A stretch of 64,000 nt of DNA from an uncultured virus (IMG/VR IMGVR_UViG_3300049846_001141) (lineage: Duplodnaviria > Heunggongvirae > Uroviricota > Caudoviricetes), in IMG/VR virus record IMGVR_UViG_3300049846_001141; one strand, written 5' to 3'. Shown here one piece after another: positions 54,853 through 64,000 of this stretch. The translations under genes and the position numbers were made by a program. Below the pieces are notes generated by a model. It was given only the letters and a program-made list of their open reading frames with translations, did no database searches and had not been told where the DNA came from. Positions within the stretch are counted from its first letter, which is position 1. The number at the start of each line of letters is the position of its first letter.

Positions 54853-57800
54853 CAGCTCACACCTTGGTAGCGGCGACCGCCAGAGGTACGGGAGTTCTCG
54901 AAGATCGTAGCGGCAAAGTCTTGCAGAATCTGCTCCAGGTCCTTAAGGCTGACGTATTTTTCGCCGTTGTTCTGTTGGATTACGGGTCCGGTCTGCAGGT
55001 TGATTGTGCTTGGGAAGCTGTCAATGATGGCTGTACCAGGGCCGCCGCCCGGTTGGCGCGATAGGCCGGTAGCAAGTGGTGCAGTAAGCGGGATCGGCGC
55101 GGTACTTGGAGTTTTAGTAAGTGGGGCAGCGGGTGTTTCTGTAGAAATGGCAGGTGCTCCCGCTGCTTTCTGCTGCAGTACATAGTCTCTAAACGCAATA
55201 CGAGCGATTGCGTCGCGGGCACGCTGCAAAATATCCGCTTGGATGCTGGCGATGCCTTTTGTAGCGGCAAAACGCTCGGCATCTTTCCAGATCTTTTCGG
55301 CTTGCGCCTTGAGTCCTGGATCTTGGATAGCTCCGGCGCCACCCATCGCGGCGAACGGTGCCCCAGTCATTCCGCCCATGGCGCCAGCGGCGCGTTCCAT
55401 GTTGCCGGCGAATTGTCCTGCAGCAGCGGCAACGCCGCCCATTTCTTTTTTGAGTTGGGCGGCGTCGACGGCGGCTTTGAATACCGCGTCGGCTGCTTTC
55501 AACTGCCATTGGGCAATTTGGCCGGCTGTGGTGAGATTATCTTTAGCGATGCGTAGTGCAGATCCTTGTGCTTCAAGTGCTTCGTAGTGAGCGCGATTGA
55601 CTACGCCTTCGGCTTTTGCAATTTCTACAACAGCCCGCAACTCTTCGTATTTAAGTTGGACTGCTCGATATGCAGCTTGGGTCCGTGCCAGTTCAGCTTT
55701 AACTTGGGCACGAGTTGCTTCAAGAGCAACGCGAGCATTTTGTACTTCTAGCTCATAGATACGCTCCAGTATTTTGGCGCGTTGTCCTGTGCTGCTAGTG
55801 CGTTCCAGTTCGCGCGTAAGTCCTTCGATTTCTATGTTATTTATTGTTTGAACTGCTTGACTGATAGCAGCAGTCAGTGAAGCACGATTGCTAAGTGTGC
55901 TGGTCTGCTCTTCTAGTGCTCGTGTCGCTTTTTCTGTGTTACGTGCGTACTCCGCTGCGTACTCTGCTACTACAGCTTGCTTACGTTCAATTTCTATGAT
56001 GTACGTAGCTTGTTTGTAAACTTCGTTAGCAATGTCTTTTTCAATCTTCGCTTGAGCTACGGTATTTTGGTATATCTTGTACCTGTTTTGGTATTCTTCG
56101 ACAGAAAGTTGACCCGCTTTAAATCGGGCATCGAGTATAGCAAAATCTAGTTGCGCTTGTTTTATTGCTGAGTCTTGATTACGGATTACATTATCGCGTT
56201 CTAAGGCGGCAATCTTTAACTTTTGCGCTTGTATAGCATTAACAGAATTTACTTCTTGGTTTAAGTACAGGTTGAAGTCTTTTTGTACTTGTAAGCGCTG
56301 CAGTTCATTTTGCAGACGTGTTTTTTGTAGATTACTTTGTGTGTTTTCTAGTTGACTACGGCTTGCTTCCAAATCTTTCAAGGACTGCATGTACGATATG
56401 TATACGTCTAGTAGAGCTTGTTGTTTTGCTCTTTTAGCCGCGAGATCCGCTTCTTGTTTTTGCAGTTCTGAGTTAGCGATAGCTATATCTCTCTTTAGTT
56501 TAAGTTGTTGCGCAGTAAGATTAACGCTGTCCGTGTTAATCTGCTTTAGCTCTTTTTCTAAATCTGTTTCACTCTGTAGGTATGCTTTTTTACGTTCTGC
56601 CTCAATTTGCGATATACGTGCTTCTTCGGTAGTACCTTGAATTATCTGCTTATCTATGGCTAAACGCTGTTTTCTCGTCTGCAAATCAACTACTCCTGCA
56701 TCAATAGCAGCTTGGGCAGCGGCAACAAGTTTTTGCTGTTCTTCCGTATTTTGAGGTAAAACTTTTGCTAGTTGTTGGAGGAACGCTCCAACTGGATTGA
56801 GTATGGGTAAGTACGTGTTAAATATCTTGCCTAGTTCTCTTGCGCCTGAAACAACGACGTTAATACCTTTGAGGACAAGATTTACTAGCTGAAGTACGCC
56901 AGCCAGTGCAGTCTGGAGTTCGACTGTAAATACGGCTAATAGAGTATTTACAGTTCCGCTGACTGCGTTCCAGGCGGCTGAAAGCTGTTTTGTCGCTCTT
57001 GTTGAGTCTTGGATACCTGAACCAAGTGAGCCAGTCTGATTAGCGATTTCTTTTGCAATTACTGCACGAGCTTGGTCGTACTTGCCTGCTTCTACCAGTA
57101 GACGTACTTGATTATCGAGTTCAGCGGTTACATTGATTGTTGATTCGCGCAAAGCTTGAACGTCAAGCTTGCTTAGTGCTGAGCCTAGTTCTGCTGTTTT
57201 CTGGATGGCGGCACCAAAAATTTGGTCGAGCTTTTGGCCGACGGCAGAAAGACCGATGCTTAGGGCCATGCCGGCCATGCCGCCCATCTTTCCACCAATA
57301 AGACCGCCAGCAGCGCCACCGACGATGGCACCCGGTCCACCGCCAAACAGCATTGGAAAGCCGCCTCCCAAAATGGCGTCAAGAACACCAGGCCGCTCTA
57401 AGCCTGTCGGCGGTGCTTTCGGTCCTTGCATGCCAAAGCCAGCATTTTGAATACGTTCACGCCTAGTAGCTTCTTCACTTAACCGCTGGCGAGCGCCTGC
57501 ACTAGCAGCGCCCTCACGACTACGGATTGCAGCAGCAGCTTCTTGGGCTTGAATAAGTAAATCGGTTGCTAAATTTTGTGCTTCAGTAAAGAAAGTATTC
57601 CAGCTATTCTTTATGTTCATAGCTTTTGCTGTTGCGGCTGCTTGTAGTTCCTGTCCTAATTGTGCGGCCTCTGTAAAGAAGGTGTTCCAGCTATTTCTAA
57701 TGTTTAGTGTTTTTGCTTTTGCAGCTACCTGCACCTCTTGACCTAGGTCAGCAGCTTCTGTAAAGAAGGTGTTCCAGCTGTTTCTGATGTTTAGTGTTTT

Positions 57801-58268
57801 TGCTTTTGCGTTTGTTTGTAACTCTCTGCCTAGTTCGTCTGCTTGAATAAAAAACGTGTTCCAGGCTTGCTGGATCTCGCGCCCGCGTACCACTGCTGGA
57901 GGTAGCGCAGGACCTTGTTGCCCAAAAGGTGCTATTGAAGGATTTACACGTCTTTGATTGGCTATTTCTTGAGCAACTAATGAGTTCTGACGTGCACGGG
58001 CTGCGTTAGCCTCTCCGAGAGCTTTTACGTATTCTTGAATAGCTTTTGTTTCTGCTTGTGTGCCAGCACCTACGCGCTCAAGAGACGCTGCAGCTCGATT
58101 TAAGTTGTTTACGTAATTTTCTATGTTTTGAACTAATCCACCACGGGCACCTACAACATCGTTAAGGCTGTCTACAGCTTGAGCAGTTTTATTTATGTCT
58201 GAGCGAAGCTGCTCTAGGGCACGTACGCCGACTACGCCGATTTCAATATCAGCTCTATAAGCGGCCAC
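54852..58268 (-). CDS. Tape measure protein
   Basis: 1138 aa; synteny. Confidence 0.85.
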   Translation of the reverse strand: MAAYRADIEIGVVGVRALEQLRSDINKTAQAVDSLNDVVGARGGLVQNIENYVNNLNRAAASLERVGAGTQAETKAIQEYVKALGEANAARARQNSLVAQEIANQRRVNPSIAPFGQQGPALPPAVVRGREIQQAWNTFFIQADELGRELQTNAKAKTLNIRNSWNTFFTEAADLGQEVQVAAKAKTLNIRNSWNTFFTEAAQLGQELQAAATAKAMNIKNSWNTFFTEAQNLATDLLIQAQEAAAAIRSREGAASAGARQRLSEEATRRERIQNAGFGMQGPKAPPTGLERPGVLDAILGGGFPMLFGGGPGAIVGGAAGGLIGGKMGGMAGMALSIGLSAVGQKLDQIFGAAIQKTAELGSALSKLDVQALRESTINVTAELDNQVRLLVEAGKYDQARAVIAKEIANQTGSLGSGIQDSTRATKQLSAAWNAVSGTVNTLLAVFTVELQTALAGVLQLVNLVLKGINVVVSGARELGKIFNTYLPILNPVGAFLQQLAKVLPQNTEEQQKLVAAAQAAIDAGVVDLQTRKQRLAIDKQIIQGTTEEARISQIEAERKKAYLQSETDLEKELKQINTDSVNLTAQQLKLKRDIAIANSELQKQEADLAAKRAKQQALLDVYISYMQSLKDLEASRSQLENTQSNLQKTRLQNELQRLQVQKDFNLYLNQEVNSVNAIQAQKLKIAALERDNVIRNQDSAIKQAQLDFAILDARFKAGQLSVEEYQNRYKIYQNTVAQAKIEKDIANEVYKQATYIIEIERKQAVVAEYAAEYARNTEKATRALEEQTSTLSNRASLTAAISQAVQTINNIEIEGLTRELERTSSTGQRAKILERIYELEVQNARVALEATRAQVKAELARTQAAYRAVQLKYEELRAVVEIAKAEGVVNRAHYEALEAQGSALRIAKDNLTTAGQIAQWQLKAADAVFKAAVDAAQLKKEMGGVAAAAGQFAGNMERAAGAMGGMTGAPFAAMGGAGAIQDPGLKAQAEKIWKDAERFAATKGIASIQADILQRARDAIARIAFRDYVLQQKAAGAPAISTETPAAPLTKTPSTAPIPLTAPLATGLSRQPGGGPGTAIIDSFPSTINLQTGPVIQQNNGEKYVSLKDLEQILQDFAATIFENSRTSGGRRYQGVS
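57580..57870 (-). repeat. 87-bp (29-aa) tandem repeat in the tape measure gene
   Basis: WNTFF four times; K.LNIRNSWNTFFTEA..LGQE unit. Confidence 0.85.
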
Positions 58269-58324
58269 GTCTCGTGTCTGCTGCGTCTTTGGTTTTCAGT
58301 CTATCCCGTAAAAAAGCCGCCGGG

Positions 58325-58522
58325 TTAGCGGCGGCGTTTGGCGGCTTCGTAGGCTTTTTTCTCCTCGTCAGCGCGGATGCTGAAGTAAGCGTTCCAGGCC
58401 AGCATTTCCATGTCGGTCATGCGGGTCCGTAGCTCGTTCAGCGTCATGCCCAGTTCTTTGGCGACGTAGAACTGGAGCATGAGGTAGGTGTCCTTGCGGA
58501 GCTGGTCCTCAAGCGCTTTTGG
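58325..58522 (-). CDS. Tail assembly chaperone frameshift extension
   Basis: KALEDQLRKDTYLMLQFYVAKELG...; homologue of 17150-17350. Confidence 0.7.
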   Translation of the reverse strand, partial: PKALEDQLRKDTYLMLQFYVAKELGMTLNELRTRMTDMEMLAWNAYFSIRADEEKKAYEAAKRRR

Positions 58523-58859
58523 TGTCCAGCTCTTCGCTGCCGTCCGTCAGGATTGCCAGCATCAGAGATTGGAGGTCTTTATCGCGCACGTCGTTCTTCA
58601 GCATGTCGATCTCACCTGCCTTGAACAACTTCTGGCCGTTCTCGTCGCAAGCCTTAGAGATCAGCAACTGCAGGGCAAAAGCGCTTGCGTCGTCGGACTT
58701 TGCCTGGCGTTGGGCGCGTTCGCGTTCGGCCATCGTCATGGGGGTGACCCACATCTCGAAGATGGAGCCATCGCTAAGCTCCACTTCCTTTTTGGTGGGC
58801 TCCAGGTTGGCTGCTTTGCGCAGGCGTTCCAGTGCGCTCATGACAGTTGGAGCAGGCAT
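58509..58859 (-). CDS. Tail assembly chaperone
   Basis: Homologue of 17337-17681. Confidence 0.8.
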   Translation of the reverse strand: MPAPTVMSALERLRKAANLEPTKKEVELSDGSIFEMWVTPMTMAERERAQRQAKSDDASAFALQLLISKACDENGQKLFKAGEIDMLKNDVRDKDLQSLMLAILTDGSEELDTKSA

Positions 58860-58903
58860 AAAACTGCTAATTAAGACTTTTGTAGTGTAGCGGACTAGAA
58901 ATG

Positions 58904-58932
58904 AAAAACCCCAGTCCGGTTAGGGACTGGGG
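58904..58932 (-). terminator. Rho-independent terminator
   Basis: CCCCAGTCC/GGACTGGGG stem plus T5; compensatory changes relative to A. Confidence 0.8.
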
Positions 58933-58961
58933 GTTGCTGAACTGACTGCTGTAGCAGACTA

Positions 58962-59729
58962 TCAGGACTTGGCGAGGTCGAAGGTGGGGGCGGCGCTGGG
59001 GCGGAAGGCAATTTCCACGCTCTGGCCGTCGTCGGGGTTCACGGTGAGGCTGGCCGAGGTCAGGATCACGGGAACAGTGATCGAACGGCTCAGGGTGTCG
59101 TCCACAGAACCGCCGCTCACCACGCGGTCGATGTACAGCTTCATCGTGGCGCCCACTTGCTGGCGCTGCAGCACGTCTTCCACCATCCGGTTGGACAGGT
59201 TGGTGTCGTCGTCGGTGGTGTACACAGTTGCAGAGCCAGAACCATCGGCAAAGCCGGTGATGTAGCTGCGGAAGGGTGCGTACTGACCCAGGGTTTGACC
59301 GATGACTGTAACATCAATCTCGCTTCGTGTAATTTCGAAGCTCCACTCGCGTACAGAACCCACTACAGCGGGAGCGCCATAAGCCACCTTGAAGGCATTA
59401 GGGGCCACAGCGGTGCCGTTGTCGGTAATAGCTACAGAAGCACCGCCCAGAGTTGCCGAAACAGTCAGTGCTCCGGTGGCGGGGGTGTAGCCGATCACGT
59501 AGTAGGTGGTGCCTGCAGACAGACCAGCAGGGAGGGTGCCAGTACCAGCGGCGCCGGTTTCGGTGTTGACGATGCTGAACTTGACGGGATCGCCGACTTT
59601 GAAGTTCAGGTAGGTGTCAACAGTGATGACGTCGGTGGTGTCGTTGACAGCTGCTTCGCCAAAGGTGGCGGTGGTGCCTGCAGGTGCGTAGTAGAGGGCG
59701 CCGGAAGTGCCCGAGAGAACGGTGGCCAT
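58962..59729 (-). CDS. Major tail protein
   Basis: Homologue of 17788-18534. Confidence 0.85.
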   Translation of the reverse strand: MATVLSGTSGALYYAPAGTTATFGEAAVNDTTDVITVDTYLNFKVGDPVKFSIVNTETGAAGTGTLPAGLSAGTTYYVIGYTPATGALTVSATLGGASVAITDNGTAVAPNAFKVAYGAPAVVGSVREWSFEITRSEIDVTVIGQTLGQYAPFRSYITGFADGSGSATVYTTDDDTNLSNRMVEDVLQRQQVGATMKLYIDRVVSGGSVDDTLSRSITVPVILTSASLTVNPDDGQSVEIAFRPSAAPTFDLAKS

Positions 59730-59803
59730 TGGTCGTACCAGTGGTAAGGGTTGTCGCGGGCACAGCCCGGCTTAATACAGGTTAGCTCCAGTGCAGTTCG
59801 GTA

Positions 59804-60271
59804 TTAAGAAATAACCTGCGCTTGGAATCCTGCTTCGATTCGAGAAATAAAGAAGGGCGTAAATGCCCGGCGAGATTGTTGGTCGGGTGTCGTACCGCCG
59901 AAGTCGGGGCTGAAGCTGGGACCGTCAATCGAGCCAGTGCGTACATACACACCTGAGGCGGGTTTTGCTGTGTTGTTGATTGTTTGTAGGGTTGTTGTTG
60001 CGACGTCGATCAGTGTTTGGTTGCGGGCAGGACCACGGCCTTTTGGTGTGTAGGTGCGAATGACGATGACCCCACGGATGCGGTCCGGGTTGTTGGTAAG
60101 CGTTAGTTCGGTGGTAAGTCCGAATTGGATGTTGACGTGGACAAATTCTTCGGCGCTGTCGGCGCCGTCGTTCATCACGTTGTCGAAGTAGACCGGTACT
60201 GCTGGCGACAGATTGTTATACGCCGTCAACAGCGGAGTCTCGAAAACAGAACGGACTGCTTGGTAGTTCAT
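59804..60271 (-). CDS. Tail terminator protein
   Basis: Homologue of 18612-19079. Confidence 0.65.
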   Translation of the reverse strand: MNYQAVRSVFETPLLTAYNNLSPAVPVYFDNVMNDGADSAEEFVHVNIQFGLTTELTLTNNPDRIRGVIVIRTYTPKGRGPARNQTLIDVATTTLQTINNTAKPASGVYVRTGSIDGPSFSPDFGGTTPDQQSRRAFTPFFISRIEAGFQAQVIS

Positions 60272-60798
60272 CGGTCGGTTGTTCTCATGGCGATTTCAAT
60301 AGTCTTGTCGATTCCGCCGCCTTTTACATACAGACTGAACCAGTCCAGGGGTGCTGTTCGTTGGTTACCGCCTGTGCCTGTCAACAGACCACGGATTCCT
60401 TTTTGTCGTTTGCCTGTTTTTTCGATGGGTTTAATCGGGTCTGTGCCGGGATTGATAAAGGTTCCGGGTTTGAAATCGGTGGCTATTTCTGCATGCGGAG
60501 CAAAATTAGAGATACTGAACACAATTTTGTCTTTAGTTAGTAAAGATCGGGTTACCTGTCTTCCTGTTAAAGGTGGAACAACCAGACGTTGTGGAAGACC
60601 TGCTTGGCCAGTACCACCGACAACAGCAGTCGGTGTAGTTATTTGCCAGGAATTTGAGAACTCGCCTGTCCACGCTGGGCCTTGTTTTTGTAGATCTTGT
60701 ACGACTTTTTCTGCCGCTCTTTTAGGGCCGTTATAGACCGTTGTTGCAGCAACACGGTCTAACTCAGTCAGCAAGTTCCAGATGCCGTTGCGGGCCAT
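60268..60798 (-). CDS. Neck / tail-completion protein
   Basis: Homologue of 19076-19600. Confidence 0.65.
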   Translation of the reverse strand: MARNGIWNLLTELDRVAATTVYNGPKRAAEKVVQDLQKQGPAWTGEFSNSWQITTPTAVVGGTGQAGLPQRLVVPPLTGRQVTRSLLTKDKIVFSISNFAPHAEIATDFKPGTFINPGTDPIKPIEKTGKRQKGIRGLLTGTGGNQRTAPLDWFSLYVKGGGIDKTIEIAMRTTDR

Positions 60799-61175
60799 TA
60801 TTGGGGCCTCAACAGGATGGTGTGGACTACCGGGTTTTCACCGCGAGATGTTTTGCACTGGATGATGCGGCCGGTTTTAGTGGCATTGTTTTGGGTGTAT
60901 TGGATGCGGTCGCGGATGCTTGGGACATACGTTCCAAGCTCGGCATTGCCGATGATGACTTTGAGGTCGCTTGTTTGATACGTAGATTCAAATTCTTCGG
61001 GCTTTGCCTCGAAGATCAAAGCGCGAACTGTGATGCTCGTGTCGGCGCCAGAGACGATGCCGGTTGTTGTGTTGTATGTCGGGGCGGCGTTAGCTTTGAG
61101 ATAGGTCACGTTTTGGCCCCAGTCCGCGAGGAGTTGGGCGGGAATGCCGGCAAATGTGGTGTCGACGAGGCTCAT
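60798..61175 (-). CDS. Head closure protein
   Basis: Homologue of 19600-19977. Confidence 0.6.
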   Translation of the reverse strand: MSLVDTTFAGIPAQLLADWGQNVTYLKANAAPTYNTTTGIVSGADTSITVRALIFEAKPEEFESTYQTSDLKVIIGNAELGTYVPSIRDRIQYTQNNATKTGRIIQCKTSRGENPVVHTILLRPQ

Positions 61176-61176
61176 G

Positions 61177-61707
61177 TCATCCCCTCACAATGCGAATCTG
61201 ATAGCCGCCTACGCCGCCAATCGTGTAAGCGCCTAGGTATGACTGGAGCCAAGGGTAGACGTCGAAAATGTTGTTGATGGGGTTCTCGACTTTGCTGTCC
61301 TTGTAGCGGACTTTTAGGTCGCCAAGAGTGACTTCCTGATACAGCTCGTCCGGGTCGCTTTCGGTGTTGGTGATTGCGTCGGTGTCGTTTGCGAGGGCGC
61401 GTGCCAGTTCGTAGGTTGCGTACTTAATGTCCGGGGGGATGACGCTACAGGTCAGCTCCACGCGGTCGACGGTGTAGTTATTGCGGGGCCATTTGAGGGA
61501 TTGGCCGTTGTCGCAGCGGTCGCCGTAAAAATTCAGGCTGTCGATCCAGCGGGTGGCTGAGATCAGGGCGCGGTTTTTCTGATCTGTGGTTTTGTCGGTC
61601 CAGGTGGCTGAATTCGGGACGGTTTCGAAATATGCGTCGGCGTCGGCAAGCGTGACGTAGCTGTTGGCCGACGCGCTGCTCAAACTAGCGTTGATCGTCG
61701 CGGGCAC
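61177..61707 (-). CDS. Head-tail adaptor
   Basis: Homologue of 19980-20510. Confidence 0.75.
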   Translation of the reverse strand: MPATINASLSSASANSYVTLADADAYFETVPNSATWTDKTTDQKNRALISATRWIDSLNFYGDRCDNGQSLKWPRNNYTVDRVELTCSVIPPDIKYATYELARALANDTDAITNTESDPDELYQEVTLGDLKVRYKDSKVENPINNIFDVYPWLQSYLGAYTIGGVGGYQIRIVRG

Positions 61708-61745
61708 AGCTACTTACTTGATCTTTGTTTCAGTGTAGCGCCAAC

Positions 61746-61769
61746 AAAAAAGCCCCACCGAAGTGGGGC
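61746..61769 (-). terminator. Rho-independent terminator
   Basis: Identical to 20549-20572. Confidence 0.85.
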
Positions 61770-61792
61770 CTGGTGTACACGCAATCTGATTA

Positions 61793-62872
61793 TCAGATGG
61801 TGCTGGTGTCGAGGGGGCTGTTGACAGTGACTTGAACCAGGGGGATCAGGTCGATGTCATAGGTGGCTTGCCAGTTGCCGGCGGTAGCCAGGTTGCCGTT
61901 GGTCGGGTTGTCGCCAGCGTCCACCCACTTGGTGCCCGTCACGTGATAAGCGCCGTGGTAGTCGACCGAGAGCACGTCCTGCTTGGACAGGATGTTGCGG
62001 TCGGCTTCGATGCGGAGATCCTGCTGCACACCTTCCAGGATGGTTCCTGACTTGGTGAGATAGCAGTAGAACTCGCGCTGGTGGCCGGCTGTGCCAGGGG
62101 CAACGGTGTTCACCAGGGGGTCCATAATCACGCGGCAACCAGCGAATTCGCCGATTGCACGGGCACCGACGCCCACGCCGCCACCGCCCCAAACCACGGC
62201 GCCAGAGGCAGCCAGGGCAGAGGTCGAGAAGGTCAGCAGGCCCACCTGGTACAGGTAGAAGCCCACGGAGGGGTGAACCACCAGGGTGTCCAGTTCGTCG
62301 CCGCGCTCACCCAGCAGGGCGCGGGCGCGGGCCACGGAGGCACCAGTCAGGAAGTTGGCTTCGCCAGCGCCGGAGGCGGCGGCAACGCCCAGGTCCAGGC
62401 TGTTGGCGGACAGCGCAGTGCCGAACAAACCAGCAAGCTGGCTGAACAAGCGGGCGCTGTTCAGTTTGTTGATGGCGTCGGCAAGCTGGTTGCGGATGTG
62501 AAGCATCGGGTCTTCACCGGCCGCGAGCATCGCGACGTCGTCTACCGCGTATGCGAAACCGCGATGGCAGATGGTAGCGATCTGGGTCGCAGTGCCGATC
62601 TTCTGAGGAGTCAGATAGCCGGCGTTGCTGGTGCCCCAGGTAGCCGTCCCGTTCATGATCTCCTCAGTAGGAGCCACGGGGTTGAACTCGGGCACTTGGA
62701 TGCGGGTACCGCCTTCGCGGGCATCCAGCAGGCTGTTGCGAACAACAGCGCCGCTCTTCAGGAAGAGGCTGCGGTCCTTAATCGCCTCAGACACATAGGT
62801 GCTGAGGTTATTGCGCTTGACGATGTCCGCCAGAAGGACACCGCCGGAATAGTTCTGAAATGGGGCGGCCAT
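61793..62872 (-). CDS. Major capsid protein
   Basis: Homologue of 20596-21675. Confidence 0.85.
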   Translation of the reverse strand: MAAPFQNYSGGVLLADIVKRNNLSTYVSEAIKDRSLFLKSGAVVRNSLLDAREGGTRIQVPEFNPVAPTEEIMNGTATWGTSNAGYLTPQKIGTATQIATICHRGFAYAVDDVAMLAAGEDPMLHIRNQLADAINKLNSARLFSQLAGLFGTALSANSLDLGVAAASGAGEANFLTGASVARARALLGERGDELDTLVVHPSVGFYLYQVGLLTFSTSALAASGAVVWGGGGVGVGARAIGEFAGCRVIMDPLVNTVAPGTAGHQREFYCYLTKSGTILEGVQQDLRIEADRNILSKQDVLSVDYHGAYHVTGTKWVDAGDNPTNGNLATAGNWQATYDIDLIPLVQVTVNSPLDTSTI

Positions 62873-62939
62873 TTCAAGCTCCAGTGATTGGGTTTGCGGG
62901 GGTTCAAGTCACAGACTTGAAGTGGTGTCCCACGGGGAC

Positions 62940-63659
62940 TTACCGACCGGCTTCTCTCTTCAGCACAGCTGCGAGATCAGGGTCGGAGGCTTCCAAGGCC
63001 ATTTGCCTCGTTAAGTTAATACTACCTTCCTTCCATGGGTTAGCCATTCCGGGGGCAACATTAGATGCTGGTGTTGGTTTGGCGCCCATACCAGCGGCAG
63101 AACTCGGTTTGAAATGATGTTCAAAACCAGAGCCTGGGTTCTTTAAGTTGCTCAGATATGTACCAATGTTCTGCTCTACACCGCCGTTCAGAATCACCAC
63201 GTTTCCGTTGGCGTCCCTGCGGAGATTGCTTTGCAGAAGTTGGAGCATTTGCTCTGAGTTGATAGCTCCAGCCTGGTTGATGGCGGCAAGAGCGCTCGTG
63301 CGGATAGTGGCTTGCTCGTTGGAGGCCCGGAGGTCTTCCAGTTGGCGTTCCAGGTCCGCGATGCGGAGTTCTTTTTCTTGGGCGGTTTTGTTGGCTTCCT
63401 CCCAGAGGTCTTTCCATTGGCCTTGGTCTTCCAGCGTTTTCTTGCGCTGGTCGTCCTGCTTTTTGTAGACCTCGTCGAGTTTGTTTTTTATGCCTTGGAA
63501 TTTCTCCTCGGCTTCTGTTGCTTGAGTTTTCAGCGCTGCAATCTGACTTTCGTATTCGCTACGGAGAGCGCCGAGGTCAGCTTGAGGAGCGGTGTCGACT
63601 CCAGCCACGGGCTGGTCAGGAATCACCACGGGTGTCTCCTGGATGACTTGCTCTTCCAT
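62940..63659 (-). CDS. Scaffolding protein
   Basis: Homologue of 21746-22468. Confidence 0.8.
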   Translation of the reverse strand: MEEQVIQETPVVIPDQPVAGVDTAPQADLGALRSEYESQIAALKTQATEAEEKFQGIKNKLDEVYKKQDDQRKKTLEDQGQWKDLWEEANKTAQEKELRIADLERQLEDLRASNEQATIRTSALAAINQAGAINSEQMLQLLQSNLRRDANGNVVILNGGVEQNIGTYLSNLKNPGSGFEHHFKPSSAAGMGAKPTPASNVAPGMANPWKEGSINLTRQMALEASDPDLAAVLKREAGR

Positions 63660-63661
63660 AC

Positions 63662-63856
63662 TCAAAATTCGTATTCAGCGGTTTGGGAAATTGTTTCTTC
63701 GGTAACGTTGCGGCGCTTGGCACGCACAGGTTTTTGTTCTGCAGGCTCGGGTGCAGGCGCAGGTGCAGGTGCAGGTGCAGGTGCAGCTTCCCGGAGTTCG
63801 ACCAATTCCCAGCGGAATGTGCCGTCCGGTTGTTGCACGTAATCCAGGCTTTTCAC
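63662..63856 (-). CDS. Small hypothetical protein with (PA)n repeat
   Basis: Homologue of 22471-22647; GGTGCA hexamer run at about 63750-63787. Confidence 0.7.
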   Translation of the reverse strand: MKSLDYVQQPDGTFRWELVELREAAPAPAPAPAPAPEPAEQKPVRAKRRNVTEETISQTAEYEF

Positions 63857-63902
63857 CAGTGGATAACGGTAACGACGTTTCTAGTCTAGAACAAAAGAGG
63901 GT

Positions 63903-64000
63903 TTAGCTCTCTTCGAGGTCTTCACGCTCTTCTTCTGTTGCCTCTTCTTCGGCAGATTCCTGTGGTTCCAGCTGTTCGTCGTCGGTGTGGGGCAACATGC
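63903..64000 (-). CDS. Probable portal C-terminal acidic tail (partial)
   Basis: ...DDEQLEPQESAEEEATEEEREDLEES*; synteny with A. Confidence 0.55.
   Translation of the reverse strand, partial: MLPHTDDEQLEPQESAEEEATEEEREDLEES

Larger units (their letters stand above)
42275..64000. mobile_element. Phage genome unit B (partial; related but divergent)
   Basis: Syntenic homologues of unit A genes from the polA C-terminus to the portal, with a different tail module. Confidence 0.9.

Noticed and set aside
63750..63787. GGTGCA hexamer repeat as a contingency locus
   Set aside because: It is an in-frame Pro-Ala linker expansion, so copy changes would not shift the frame.
1..64000. tRNA, rRNA, introns or photosynthesis auxiliary genes
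   Set aside because: None recognised by eye; tRNAscan and Infernal were not run.

Overview
The window holds two related but clearly different tailed-phage genomes head to tail. They look siphovirus-like and are probably picocyanobacterial or freshwater, which is an inference from gene content and motifs. Unit A (1-42274) is a complete circular permutation: lysis, tail, head, terminase, early genes, primase-helicase, dcd, thyX, polA. Unit B starts inside polA, where bases 1-146 recur exactly at 42275-42420, and runs through lysis, tail and head genes to the portal 3' end at 64000. The join is most likely an assembly chimera. Capsid, neck and lysis genes are nearly identical between A and B, while the tape-measure to tail-fibre block is largely replaced. 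The main discovery candidate is a standalone tyrosine recombinase (47234-48082) directly behind the B tail-fibre gene, with a LexA-like box at its promoter. It comes with a family of 15-bp TAG(T)-N7-(A)CTA inverted-arm sites. These sites sit in one reading phase at module junctions inside tail-fibre genes, flank the fibre/recombinase spacer, and bracket three consecutive small ORFs in A (37495-38342) like integron cassettes. Other notable items are a homing endonuclease that recodes the 3' end of its host tail gene, a probable -1 frameshift extending a holin-like protein, a +1-type tail-chaperone frameshift, and a ~270-bp symmetric iteron array (candidate origin) inside the primase gene. All calls are by eye, with no database searches.
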